Assembly (NCBI GenBank): GCA_963704885.1
Contig: CAVPIB010000008.1
Coordinates: forward strand, 1 to 64,000
Direction of reading: 5' to 3'
From: an uncultured Actinomycetes bacterium
Lineage (GTDB): Bacteria > Actinomycetota > UBA4738 > HRBIN12
Length of the DNA: 64,000 nt
Under the pieces are notes generated by a model. It saw only the letters and a list, made by a program, of their open reading frames with translations. It did not search any database and was not told the origin of the DNA. The position numbers and the translations under genes are program-made. Shown here piece by piece: positions 36,926 through 46,643 of the stretch (within the stretch, counting starts at the first letter, position 1; each line of letters begins with the position of its first letter).

Positions 36926-37498
36926 ATGAAGGAGCAACACGTGGGGGCCCAGCGCGTCAACGCGCTCGGCGAAGGCAAGGAGTTGGTCATCCGGACCGAG
37001 GAGCGCTCGGGGGCCCGGGCGGAGGTCGTGTTCGACCTGCTCGCGGATCTTCAGAGCCACCTGGAGTGGGGGGGTGCGATGCAGGGAAAGAAGACACGGC
37101 TCGTCTCCCTGGATGCGCCCGAGGGTCCGGCGAGGGTCGGGACGGAGTTCGAGACCGCCGGAGCCGATCCCATGGGGCGGTTCGGCGATCGCTCGGTGGT
37201 GACGGAGGCAGCGCCGGGTGAGGTGTTCGAGTTCGTCACCGAGGCGAGGCTCCAGACGAAGAAGGGCGGGTCCGTCGATTGGACCGTGGTCCACCGATAC
37301 GAGCTCTCATCGGACGGCGCCGGTTGCCGGATCGTAGGAACGGACAGGGTCAAGAGGATCAGCGCGCTCCCGGGGATGCTCGGGATGTTCCGGATCCCCG
37401 TCCTGCGTTGGATCGGCCTGAGGGCAGCGACGGCCGTGGCCAGGCGGGGCGTCCGCAACCTCGCGAAGCTCGCGGAGCAGCGCTCATCTCAAGTCTGA
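36926..37498 (+). CDS. SRPBCC/polyketide-cyclase-like protein
   Basis: SD GGGAGG; VFDLLADL..H.EW, GP..VGT.F, C-terminal helix. Confidence 0.75.
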   Translation: MKEQHVGAQRVNALGEGKELVIRTEERSGARAEVVFDLLADLQSHLEWGGAMQGKKTRLVSLDAPEGPARVGTEFETAGADPMGRFGDRSVVTEAAPGEVFEFVTEARLQTKKGGSVDWTVVHRYELSSDGAGCRIVGTDRVKRISALPGMLGMFRIPVLRWIGLRAATAVARRGVRNLAKLAEQRSSQV

Positions 37499-37550
37499 CA
37501 TCGGTCGATCCGGGGCTTGGAGCGGGAGATCCCCGCAGAAGGAGGAAGAG

Positions 37551-37928
37551 ATGCCCAAGACGTCGAAGGAGCAGGCGGCCGAGTCGTTCGCCGCTGAAGG
37601 GTTCGAGGGGCACTATCAGGAGCTAGAGGGCTACACGATCGGCTTCGAGCACTACACGGCCGAAGCGGATCTGTCCGACCTGTTCAAGGGACTCCCGGAC
37701 GACGCCTGCCAGTGCAACCACATGGGCGTTGTGCTGTCGGGCAGGCTCGTGTTCTCGTACACGGACGGCACGCAGGACGTGATCACCGCCGGGGAGGCCT
37801 ATGTCACGAAGCGCGGACACACCCCCAAGATCTTCCCCGGGACCGAGGTCATCGAGTTCAGCCGGACCGACGAGTTCAGCGAAACGATGGAAGTGGTGGC
37901 GAAGAACATGGAGGCCGCTGGCAGCTGA
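37551..37928 (+). CDS. Cupin-domain protein
   Basis: CQCNHMGVVLSG...AGEAY....GH...EFS; SD AAGGAGG. Confidence 0.85.
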   Translation: MPKTSKEQAAESFAAEGFEGHYQELEGYTIGFEHYTAEADLSDLFKGLPDDACQCNHMGVVLSGRLVFSYTDGTQDVITAGEAYVTKRGHTPKIFPGTEVIEFSRTDEFSETMEVVAKNMEAAGS

Positions 37929-37965
37929 GCCTGGGCCGATGCCACCGGGGCTCCGGACATGGCCC

Positions 37966-38007
37966 GATGCCCGGTCGCGCGTTTGCGCGTTTGCGCGACC
38001 GGGCATC
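37966..38007. terminator. Strong GC-rich hairpin after the cupin gene (no U-tract)
   Basis: 15-bp perfect inverted repeat GATGCCCGGTCGCGC/GCGCGACCGGGCATC with a 12-nt loop. Confidence 0.6.
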
Positions 38008-38078
38008 CACCTTCCGCAACGGAATCGTCACAAGTCCAACCGGGGTTCCGTCGCAGGCCGAGAAGTACGATGCGCCAT

Positions 38079-38819
38079 ATGCCCGCATACAAGGAGCAGG
38101 GCGTCGTCCTGCGGTCGATGAAGCTAGGCGAAGCCGACAAGATCGTGACGGTCATGACCCAAGGGTCCGGCAAGGTCCGAGCGGTAGCGAAGGGGATACG
38201 CAAGACCACCAGCCGGTTCGGCGCGCGCCTGGAGCCGTTCACCCATGTCTCACTGATGCTCTACCACGGCCGCGGACAGCTGGACACGATCACCCAGGCC
38301 GAGATCATCACCCCGCACACAGCCATAAGTGAGGATCTGGGACTCTTCGCGGCCGGCGAGACCATGCTTGAGGCCGTGGACAAAGTGGCCGAGGACCATG
38401 AGAGGAACGTCCGGCTGGTGCTGCTGCTCCTGACCGGATTGCGTGCGCTGGAGACACACCCGGCCGACCCGGCCGCCGTCGCGGAGTCGTTCATGCTGAA
38501 GCTGCTGTCGCTCTCAGGGTTCCATCCCAGCCTGACGGGCTGCGCCGCGTGTGGTGCTTCCGATCCGCAGCTGTTCTCAGCCGGCATGGGCGGGGCCGTC
38601 TGCGCGAACTGCGCCGAAGGAGGCGTGGCTCCTGTCTCACGCGAGGCTCTGACCTATCTCCAGACGCTGGCGGTCGCCGACATGGCGCAGACCGACACCA
38701 TCCCCGCGCCCGACGTCCGCGTTCGCAAGGAATCACGAGGGCTGCTCTACGGTTTCGCGGAGTACCACCTGGAGCGGCGGATGAAGTCGCTCTCCATGCT
38801 CGCCAGGACGGCGCCGTGA
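38079..38819 (+). CDS. recO: DNA repair protein RecO
   Basis: GVVLR...LGEADKIV, GKVRAVAKG.RK..SRFGARLEPF, CAACG/CANC zinc finger. Confidence 0.96.
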   Translation: MPAYKEQGVVLRSMKLGEADKIVTVMTQGSGKVRAVAKGIRKTTSRFGARLEPFTHVSLMLYHGRGQLDTITQAEIITPHTAISEDLGLFAAGETMLEAVDKVAEDHERNVRLVLLLLTGLRALETHPADPAAVAESFMLKLLSLSGFHPSLTGCAACGASDPQLFSAGMGGAVCANCAEGGVAPVSREALTYLQTLAVADMAQTDTIPAPDVRVRKESRGLLYGFAEYHLERRMKSLSMLARTAP

Positions 38820-39556
38820 GCAGCTTCCTGCCCGACATCGATCCCGAACGCGTGCCGGCGCACGTGGCGATCGTGATGGACGGCAACGGCCGCTGGGCGA
38901 CCCAGCGTGGCCTGCAACGCACCGACGGCCACGCGGCGGGGGAGGAGGCATTGGCGGACACCGTCGAAGGCGGCGTCGAGGTCGGGCTCAAGTGGCTCAC
39001 GGTCTTCGCGTTCTCCACCGAGAACTGGCGCCGTCCCGCGGGCGAGGTCCTTTACCTCATGAACTTCAACCGCACGCTCCTGCGTCGCCGGCGCGACCGG
39101 TTCCACGAGTTGAACGTTCGCATCCGGTTCACGGGGCGGCGCGATTGGCGCGTGCCGCGATCGGTGCTGAAGGAGATCTTGGCGGCCGAGGAGCTGACGC
39201 GCGACAACACGGGCATGACGCTCACGATCGCGTTCAACTACGGCGGCCGCGTCGAGATCGTGGACGCCGTGAAGCAGATCGTTCGCGACCACGATGCCGG
39301 CAAGCTCCGAACGGAGAAGATCACGGTCGACGCGATCCACGACCGCCTCTACTACGCGGACATGCCGGACCCGGACCTGCTGATCCGCACCAGCGGCGAG
39401 CAGCGGATCTCGAACTTCCTGCTCTGGCAGGCGGCCTACGCGGAGCTCTGGTTCACTCCGGTGCTCTGGCCCGACTTCGACCGCGAGCATCTGTACGAGG
39501 CGATCCGCGACTTCCAGAAGCGCTCCCGCCGCTTCGGCAACATCGAAGACGACTGA
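38816..39556 (+). CDS. uppS: cis-Isoprenyl diphosphate synthase
   Basis: HVAIVMDGNGRWA, FSTENW, NYGGR, DLLIRTSGEQRISNFLLWQ. Confidence 0.97.
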   Translation: MSSFLPDIDPERVPAHVAIVMDGNGRWATQRGLQRTDGHAAGEEALADTVEGGVEVGLKWLTVFAFSTENWRRPAGEVLYLMNFNRTLLRRRRDRFHELNVRIRFTGRRDWRVPRSVLKEILAAEELTRDNTGMTLTIAFNYGGRVEIVDAVKQIVRDHDAGKLRTEKITVDAIHDRLYYADMPDPDLLIRTSGEQRISNFLLWQAAYAELWFTPVLWPDFDREHLYEAIRDFQKRSRRFGNIEDD

Positions 39557-39571
39557 CCCGATCCTGCAGCC

Positions 39572-40162
39572 CTAGATGCCGGACAACCAGGCGAGCACCA
39601 CGCCGACGCCCGTCATGGTGCCAAGGACGACCAACGCGTAGCGGGACTCACTGCCTCCCTGGAGGCCGAGGGCGACCACTGCGCCGATCAGAATCAGCCC
39701 GAGGAAGATCAGCACGAGTCTCGGTGGGATAGCGACACGGCGAGAGAGCCACGCCAGCCGCCCGTGGAAGGCGTATCTGCCTTTCGGCGCCGATCCGTCG
39801 GTCCCCTCCGAGATCGGCACACGGACCCAGATGTGCTTGAGCACCAGAACGGCGGCGATCATGTAACCCAACAGGTACCAGAGGAAGAACGGGTTCGCGA
39901 TCTGGAACCCGCCATACAACGTCCACGGCCCACAGGCGATCACCAACAGTGTCGCGATGACTCGACCTCGCGGTCCGAAGGAAGTAGCGCTCTTCGTCCA
40001 CCGTGAATACGCCATGTCGTGGCGTGGCACGTCCACGAAGTTCCCCGGAGCCGACGCGGGCCGTGCCGCGAACTCCGTCACCGGGGCATAGCAATGGATG
40101 CACCAGCGGACCTCGGGAGAGAGGTCCGAGCCGCAGCTACGGCATTCGCGTGGGGCTGGCAT
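39572..40162 (-). CDS. Zinc-ribbon membrane protein
   Basis: CRSCG...WCIHC at the N-terminus, then about 4 TM segments. Confidence 0.75.
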   Translation of the reverse strand: MPAPRECRSCGSDLSPEVRWCIHCYAPVTEFAARPASAPGNFVDVPRHDMAYSRWTKSATSFGPRGRVIATLLVIACGPWTLYGGFQIANPFFLWYLLGYMIAAVLVLKHIWVRVPISEGTDGSAPKGRYAFHGRLAWLSRRVAIPPRLVLIFLGLILIGAVVALGLQGGSESRYALVVLGTMTGVGVVLAWLSGI

Positions 40163-40163
40163 C

Positions 40164-40229
40164 TCACGCGATCCGGTCGCGCTTCAAGTGGTTCACTCCG
40201 TTCGCGCGGCAGCTTGGACAGGTTGGCAT
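40164..40229 (-). CDS. Putative 21-aa CxxC small ORF
   Basis: SD GGAAGGAG, MPTCPSCRANGVNHLKRDRIA, stop 1 nt before the next ATG. Confidence 0.45.
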   Translation of the reverse strand: MPTCPSCRANGVNHLKRDRIA

Positions 40230-40247
40230 GGCCACTCCTTCCCTGGA

Positions 40248-40276
40248 GGTATCGGACTTGTCCGATACCGCCTTGA
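40248..40276 (-). promoter_or_regulatory. Putative sigma28/WhiG-type promoter overlapping a 22-bp palindrome
   Basis: Minus strand TCAAG-N15-TCCGATAC; GGTATCGGAC-TT-GTCCGATACC at 40248-40269. Confidence 0.5.
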
Positions 40277-40381
40277 CGCCTGTGAAGGTTGTGTGACCTG
40301 CGCTTCTTCTCGACCCGACGCCGCTACGATGGGCGTTACGCCAGCGGCCGCTGCCAGCGACCGGGAGAGGAGTCACCCGTC

Positions 40382-41695
40382 ATGACCGACCTCATGGAGG
40401 CCGTCACCTCCCTCGCCAAACGCCGAGGGATCGCGTTCCAGTCATCCGAGATCTACGGCGGGTTGCGCTCGTCGTGGGACTACGGTCCGCTCGGGGTGGA
40501 GCTCCGGCGGAACGTCCGCGACGCGTGGTGGCGTTCGATGGTCCAGCTGCGGGACGAGATCGTCGGCTTGGAAGCCGCGATCATCATGTCGCCGAAGGTT
40601 TGGGAGGCCTCCGGTCACGTAGAGGGCTTCCACGATCCGCTGGTCGAGTGCGCCAGTTGCCACAAGCGGTTCCGTGAGGATCATCTGGAGACGCCGCCGG
40701 TCTGTCCCAACTGCGGCGGCTCGGCGTTCACGGAGCCCAAGCACTTCAACCTTATGTTCAAGACGCACATGGGTCCGGTGGACGACGACGGCGCCGTGAC
40801 CTACCTGCGGCCAGAGACGGCGCAGGGCATGTTCGTGGACTTCCCGCAGGTGCAGACCGTGGCGCGCAAGAAGCTGCCGTTCGGCATCGCGCAGATCGGC
40901 AAGTCCTTCCGCAACGAGATCACTCCCGGCAATTTCATCTTCCGCACCCGCGAGTTCGAGCAGATGGAGATGGAGTACTTCGTGGAGCCCGGCACCGATG
41001 ACGAGTGGTTCGGCTACTGGGTCGAGCAACGGCTCCAGTGGTACCTGGACCTGGGCATGACGAAGGACAAACTCCGCCTGCGCCCTCACGATCCCGACGA
41101 ATTGGCGCACTACGCGAAAGCCGCGACCGATGTGGAGTACGAGTTCCCGTTCGGCTGGTCCGAGCTGGAGGGGATCGCCAACAGGACGGACTTCGACCTG
41201 AAGGCGCACATGGAGGCGAGCGGCGAAGACCTCACGTACTTCGATCAGGAGAAGGAGGAGCGGTACCTGCCTTACGTGGTGGAGCCGGCGGCGGGCGTGG
41301 ATCGTACGGTGCTCGCGTTCCTGGTCGACGCCTACACGGTGGACGAGGCGCCGACCTCCAAGGGGGACAAGGAGAAGCGGACCGTCCTGAAGCTGCATCG
41401 CGACCTGGCCCCGATCAAAGCGGCGGTCCTGCCGCTCTCACGCAACGAGAAGCTGGTGCCTGAGGCGCGTCGCGTGTTCGATCTGGTGAAGACCGAGTGG
41501 ATGTGTCAGTACGACGACGCGGGCGCGATCGGGCGCCGTTACCGCCGACAGGACGAGGTGGGGACGCCCTTCTGCGTGACGGTGGACTTCGACTCGCTGG
41601 AGGACAGACAGGTCACGGTCCGGGAGCGGGATTCCATGGCCCAGGAACGGCTGGCGATCGATGGGCTGGTGGCCTACCTCCGGGATCGCCTGTGA
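40382..41695 (+). CDS. glyQS: Glycine--tRNA ligase (alpha2 homodimeric type)
   Basis: [53 protein letters not shown]. Confidence 0.98.
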   Translation: MTDLMEAVTSLAKRRGIAFQSSEIYGGLRSSWDYGPLGVELRRNVRDAWWRSMVQLRDEIVGLEAAIIMSPKVWEASGHVEGFHDPLVECASCHKRFREDHLETPPVCPNCGGSAFTEPKHFNLMFKTHMGPVDDDGAVTYLRPETAQGMFVDFPQVQTVARKKLPFGIAQIGKSFRNEITPGNFIFRTREFEQMEMEYFVEPGTDDEWFGYWVEQRLQWYLDLGMTKDKLRLRPHDPDELAHYAKAATDVEYEFPFGWSELEGIANRTDFDLKAHMEASGEDLTYFDQEKEERYLPYVVEPAAGVDRTVLAFLVDAYTVDEAPTSKGDKEKRTVLKLHRDLAPIKAAVLPLSRNEKLVPEARRVFDLVKTEWMCQYDDAGAIGRRYRRQDEVGTPFCVTVDFDSLEDRQVTVRERDSMAQERLAIDGLVAYLRDRL

Positions 41696-41898
41696 TGCAG
41701 GTCGAACCACGCCGCCCGCGTGGATCGATCGTGCTCTACGTGGTCGCCTTCGTGCTGATGGTTGCCGCTGGCGTGGCGCTGGTCGCGTCGGCGAAGGGGC
41801 TGTTGGAGTCGACCCGTCTCCTGTGGGTGTCGACAGGGCTTTCGGTCGGCGCGATCGCGGCGGCCGTCGTGGGACTGTTCATCCCGCGTCGCCGGTGA
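41695..41898 (+). CDS. Small two-TM membrane protein
   Basis: TGATG coupling to glyQS and GTGA coupling to the next gene; two hydrophobic helices. Confidence 0.75.
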   Translation: MQVEPRRPRGSIVLYVVAFVLMVAAGVALVASAKGLLESTRLLWVSTGLSVGAIAAAVVGLFIPRRR

Positions 41899-43214
41899 AC
41901 GCGCGCGCGCGGTTCGCCGCGGCCATCCTGGTGCTCGCGTTCACGACTTCGGCCTGCACGATCACGTTCGGCACGGCGCCCGGTTCGACGCCGAGCCTTC
42001 CGCCGGATCCGTCGCCCTCGTCCGTCCCGACCGGTCCAGGCTCCGCCGCGGAGGCCATGGAGAGGTTGTGCGAAGCGCCTAAGAGCGGCGGGGGAGGCTC
42101 GGGCGTCACGCCGGAAGGTCCCACGCCTCCGGCGATCGCTGCCGTCGAGGATCAGGTGGAGTCCGTCCGCGAGCTCGCCTACACCTCGCACGTCGCCGCG
42201 ACACCGCTCACGCAGCAGCAGATCGACCTGCGCCTCACGAGGTACTTCGAGAAGACGTACCCGATCGAGTACTACGAGCGGAGGTCGCAGGCCTGGGGGA
42301 CGATCGGCGTGATCCCCGCCGGCACCAGCATCCGGGACGCGCTGCTCGCGTTCCAGACCGGGCAGGTCGTGGGCTACTACAACCCGGCCAACGGCAAGCT
42401 GGTCTACATCGGCGACACCGACCTCAGCCTGACCGAGCGGTTCATCCTGGCCCACGAGCTGACGCACGCGCTCGACGATCAGCATTTCGGGTTGGGGCGG
42501 ATCGATCCGATCGCCGCCCGCTGCGACGACGAGGCGTTCGCGGCCGCACTCGGAGCGGTCGAGGGGAGCGCGCAGTTCTTCGCCACGCAGGTGATCACGC
42601 GGTTCCCGCAGGAGGCGACCGCCGAAGAAGGCGGAGGCGACGTCGGTTCGCTCGACGGTATGCCGGAGTTCATCGTCAACCTCGAGCTGTGGCCTTACTC
42701 AGCCGGCCTGGCGTTCATCCAGCGGCTCCATGAGGAGGGCGGCGCGAGACGCGTCAACCAGGCGTTGCGGACCTTCCCGGTCTCGACGGAGCAGATCATC
42801 CATCCCGAACGGTGGCCGAACGACGTGCCGCAACCGGTGGACGTGCCCGACCTGGGCCTGGATCTTGGCGAGGGGTGGACAGACCTCGATGTGATGACGG
42901 TGGGGGAGCTCTGGTTGCGGCTGATGCTAGACCTGCGACTCGCGAGCGAGGACGCTGGCACGGCGGCCGCCGGCTGGGACGGCGGTCTCTACCGAGCTTG
43001 GTCCGATGGCTCTCACACGGCGGTCGTGCTTCGAACCGAGTGGGACTCCCAGGAAGAGGCTCGCGAGTTCGCGACCGCCATGACCGAGTGGGCGGACGGC
43101 TCGCGAAGAGGGCTGGTGGAGGTCGGGAAGCCCATCGGCGCCCAGGTGGACGTGACCTTCGGCAGTGATGCATCGGTCATGCTTCCCCTCCATACGGCAC
43201 TGGCGACTTCCTGA
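41895..43214 (+). CDS. Lipoprotein zincin-type metallopeptidase
   Basis: Lipobox TSAC; LAHELTHALDDQHF (HExxH) with downstream EGSA; STEQIIHPE. Confidence 0.85.
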   Translation: MNARARFAAAILVLAFTTSACTITFGTAPGSTPSLPPDPSPSSVPTGPGSAAEAMERLCEAPKSGGGGSGVTPEGPTPPAIAAVEDQVESVRELAYTSHVAATPLTQQQIDLRLTRYFEKTYPIEYYERRSQAWGTIGVIPAGTSIRDALLAFQTGQVVGYYNPANGKLVYIGDTDLSLTERFILAHELTHALDDQHFGLGRIDPIAARCDDEAFAAALGAVEGSAQFFATQVITRFPQEATAEEGGGDVGSLDGMPEFIVNLELWPYSAGLAFIQRLHEEGGARRVNQALRTFPVSTEQIIHPERWPNDVPQPVDVPDLGLDLGEGWTDLDVMTVGELWLRLMLDLRLASEDAGTAAAGWDGGLYRAWSDGSHTAVVLRTEWDSQEEAREFATAMTEWADGSRRGLVEVGKPIGAQVDVTFGSDASVMLPLHTALATS

Positions 43215-43225
43215 GACCGCAGAGG

Positions 43226-43804
43226 TCAACGTGGAGGGTCGGGAGAAGGGCTAAGCGATGAGGGGAGCTTCCGCACCACGATCTCGCATCTGTCGGCGCC
43301 CTTCAGCATGCAGTCGGATTCCAAGATCTCGACGGGTTCGCCGTAGTGATCCGAGGCCCCGTGGATGATCCCTTTAGCGAGCGAGCACATGCGCCGGGTT
43401 GAGTCATAGACGATGCGGACCTCGTTCGCATCTGGCCGGTCGATACGGAGTTGCGGCGGCGTCGCGGAGGGGTCCCGCGTGCGGACCACGGTGTGGATGG
43501 AGGCCTCGGTGTGTTCGAGGAAATCCATCAACTCCCAGGTCGGATCGACCAGCAGTCCGTATAGCCCTCCGAGCAGGTCGGCGGATACGTAGACGCCGAA
43601 CCCCTCGAGCAGCGTTTGATCGCTTCGATCCGCCAGCTTCGCGGCGGCCGCGACCAGCCGAACGAATTCGGGGTCAGGGCTCGGAGATCGCGGCGAGTAG
43701 GTCCGGTCGGCCAGACCGGCTTCGTCGAGGACCTGCAGCCACGAGCCTCGGCCGAGCTCCACATCGACGTACCGAGAGAGCTCGGTGAACATGATGCCCT
43801 GCAT
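43226..43804 (-). CDS. Heme NO-binding (H-NOX) domain protein
   Basis: MQGIMF start, LEGFG, proximal His (SIH), PP, YDSTR (YxSxR), C-terminal C...C. Confidence 0.9.
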   Translation of the reverse strand: MQGIMFTELSRYVDVELGRGSWLQVLDEAGLADRTYSPRSPSPDPEFVRLVAAAAKLADRSDQTLLEGFGVYVSADLLGGLYGLLVDPTWELMDFLEHTEASIHTVVRTRDPSATPPQLRIDRPDANEVRIVYDSTRRMCSLAKGIIHGASDHYGEPVEILESDCMLKGADRCEIVVRKLPSSLSPSPDPPR

Positions 43805-43946
43805 CAGGCGCCCCCTTCGGATCGGCGTGACGTGGACCCACGGCGACCTGTTGCGCCGGGAGGCTACTGCACGCCTCCGACCTCATCAAGCAGGGCCCTC
43901 GTAGACTGGCGGTTCCGTAGCCGAACAAGCAGTCCGGAGGCATGGG

Positions 43947-46637
43947 GTGACCAAGTACGTCTACGACTTCTCCGAAGGCAACAGGGACATGAAGGACCTC
44001 CTCGGCGGGAAGGGGGCCAACCTCGCCGAGATGACCAACATGGGACTCCCGGTCCCGCACGGGTTCACGCTGACGACCGAGGCGTGTCTGGGCTATCTGG
44101 CTGTAGGCGACTGGCCCGTCGGGGTGATCGACGAGGCCGAGGAGCATCTCGCTCGTCTCGAGCACACCATGGACAAGCGCTTGGGCGATCCGACCGACCC
44201 GCTCTTGGTCTCGATCCGCTCGGGCGCCAAGTTCTCTATGCCGGGCATGATGGACACGGTCCTGAACCTCGGGCTGAACGAGGATTCCCTCAAGGGCCTC
44301 GCGCACCAGATGGGCGGCGACGTTCGCTTCGCGAACGACTCGTACCGCAGGTTCATCCAGATGTTCGGCAAGATCGTGACGGACGTCCCAGCCGACGCGT
44401 TCGAGGACGCGTTGGACGAGGCGAAAGAGCGCAAGGGCCCCAACGCGCAGGACACCGACCTGAACGAGGACGACCTCCGCGCCCTGATCGACCGGTTCCT
44501 GGAGATCTACAGGGAGCACACCGGCGAGACGTTCCCGACCGACCCGCGCGCGCAGATGCGACTGGCGACCGAGGCGGTCTTCAAGTCCTGGAACGGCAAG
44601 CGCGCGATCGACTACCGGCGTCAGAACAAGATCAGCGACGACCTGGGCACCGCGGTGAACGTCGTGGCCATGGTGTTCGGCAACCGAGGCGAAGACTCGG
44701 GCACCGGCGTGGCGTTCACACGCGACCCCGCTACCGGCGAGAAGGTGCCCTACGGCGACTACCTGGCCAACGCGCAGGGCGAGGACGTCGTCGCCGGGAT
44801 CCGGAACACTCTGCCGCTCGCGGAGCTCGCCACGATCGACCCTGTTTCCTACGGCGAGCTGCTCCAGGTGATGCACACGCTCGAGATGCACTACCGCGAC
44901 ATGTGCGACATCGAGTTCACGATCGAGAAAGGCAAGCTCTGGATCCTTCAGACCCGGATCGGCAAGCGCACCGCGTTCGGCGAATGGGTGATGGCCCACG
45001 ACATGCTGCGCGAGAACCTGATCGGCGCCGACGAGGCTTTGCTCCGCGTCGACGCGGACAGGCTGGAGGAGCTGTTCAAGCGGCGCGTGGACGCCGAGGA
45101 TGCCACGCCGATCGCAACGGGGCTGAACGCGTCGCCGGGTGCTGCGACGGGACGAGTGGTCTTCACGGCCGACGAGGCTCAAGAGTGGGCCAAGCGGGGG
45201 GAGCGAGTGGTGCTCGTCCGCCGCGAGACGACGCCGGACGACTACCACGGCATGATCGCCTCACAGGGGATCTTGACGAGCGCAGGCGGTACCAACTCCC
45301 ACGCTGCGGTCGTCGCCCGCGGCGAGGGCATCCCGGCGGTCTGCGGAGCCGACGCCATAAGGCTCGACCCCGAGTCCAAGACCTTCTCCGCGAACGGGAC
45401 CAAGGTCGCCGAGGGAGACGTCATAACGATCGACGGCTTCACGGGCAACGTGTTCGTGGGGGAGCTGCCCATGGAAGAGTCGGTCCTGGAGAAGGCGCGT
45501 TCGGGCGATGACGCCGCGCGTGAGCAGAAGATCTGGCAGGCGTTCGAGACGTTGATGGCCCACGCGGATGTGCGCCGGCGCCTCCGCGTCCGCGCTAACG
45601 CTGACACGCCCGACCAGTCCACGAACGCCCGCGAACGCGGCGCCGAGGGCATCGGCCTGTGCCGCACGGAGCATATGTTCCTGGGGGAGAAGCGTGTCGA
45701 GGCCGTCCGCCAGATGATCTTCGCGGAGACCGACGCCGAGGAGCAGGCCGCCTACGACGTTCTGCTCCCGCTTCAGCGGGAGGACTTCGTCGGCATCTTC
45801 ACGGCCATGAGCGGACTCCCAGTCACGGTTCGCCTTCTCGACCCGCCGCTGCACGAGTTCCTGCCGAACCAGGTGGAGCTGGCGGTCGAGGTGGCGCTCG
45901 GCGAGTCACGCGGCGAGGACGTTTCCGAGCACAAGGCGATCCTGCAGAAGGTGAACGAGCTCCACGAGATGAACCCGATGCTCGGCTTACGCGGTGTGCG
46001 TTTGGGGATCGTGAAGCCTGGTCTCTACGCTATGCAGGTCCGCGCCATCTGCGAGGCCGCTGCACGCGTCAAGAAGGAGGGCGGCGACCCCAGGGTCGAG
46101 ATCATGATCCCGCTGGTGGCCACCGCCCCCGAGCTCAAGCAGATGCGCGACGAGCTAGAACCGGTCGCACACGAGGTGCTCGCGCGTGAGGGCGTGGATC
46201 TGGGCCACCTGGAGTTCGGGACCATGATCGAGCTCCCGCGCGCTGCGGTCACCGCAGCGGAGATCGCCGAGAGCGCCGACTTCTTCTCTTTCGGCACCAA
46301 CGACCTGACACAGACCGCGTTCGGGTTCAGCCGCGACGACATCGGCAAGTTCGTGGGGATGTACGAGGAGCGCAAGCTGGTCCCCGCGAACCCGTTCGTC
46401 ACGGTGGACATCCCCGGTGTCGGGAGGCTGATGCGGATAGCGTGCGAGGAGGGCAAGGCGGCCAACCCCTCGTTGCACCTGGGTATATGCGGCGAGCACG
46501 GCGGCGATCCCGCCAGCGTCGTCTTCTGTCATCAGATCGGCTTGGACTACGTGAGCTGCTCGCCTTTCCGCGTGGAGACGGCCCGGCTGGCGGCGGCACA
46601 GGCGGCGATCGGCCGGGCCGAGTCCGCCTCGAAGTAG
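43947..46637 (+). CDS. ppdK: Pyruvate phosphate dikinase
   Basis: LLGGKGANLAEM, SMPGMMDT, GGTNSHAAVVAR (phospho-His), GIGLCRTEHMF, GICGEHGG. Confidence 0.98.
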   Translation: MTKYVYDFSEGNRDMKDLLGGKGANLAEMTNMGLPVPHGFTLTTEACLGYLAVGDWPVGVIDEAEEHLARLEHTMDKRLGDPTDPLLVSIRSGAKFSMPGMMDTVLNLGLNEDSLKGLAHQMGGDVRFANDSYRRFIQMFGKIVTDVPADAFEDALDEAKERKGPNAQDTDLNEDDLRALIDRFLEIYREHTGETFPTDPRAQMRLATEAVFKSWNGKRAIDYRRQNKISDDLGTAVNVVAMVFGNRGEDSGTGVAFTRDPATGEKVPYGDYLANAQGEDVVAGIRNTLPLAELATIDPVSYGELLQVMHTLEMHYRDMCDIEFTIEKGKLWILQTRIGKRTAFGEWVMAHDMLRENLIGADEALLRVDADRLEELFKRRVDAEDATPIATGLNASPGAATGRVVFTADEAQEWAKRGERVVLVRRETTPDDYHGMIASQGILTSAGGTNSHAAVVARGEGIPAVCGADAIRLDPESKTFSANGTKVAEGDVITIDGFTGNVFVGELPMEESVLEKARSGDDAAREQKIWQAFETLMAHADVRRRLRVRANADTPDQSTNARERGAEGIGLCRTEHMFLGEKRVEAVRQMIFAETDAEEQAAYDVLLPLQREDFVGIFTAMSGLPVTVRLLDPPLHEFLPNQVELAVEVALGESRGEDVSEHKAILQKVNELHEMNPMLGLRGVRLGIVKPGLYAMQVRAICEAAARVKKEGGDPRVEIMIPLVATAPELKQMRDELEPVAHEVLAREGVDLGHLEFGTMIELPRAAVTAAEIAESADFFSFGTNDLTQTAFGFSRDDIGKFVGMYEERKLVPANPFVTVDIPGVGRLMRIACEEGKAANPSLHLGICGEHGGDPASVVFCHQIGLDYVSCSPFRVETARLAAAQAAIGRAESASK

Positions 46638-46643
46638 GGCGTC

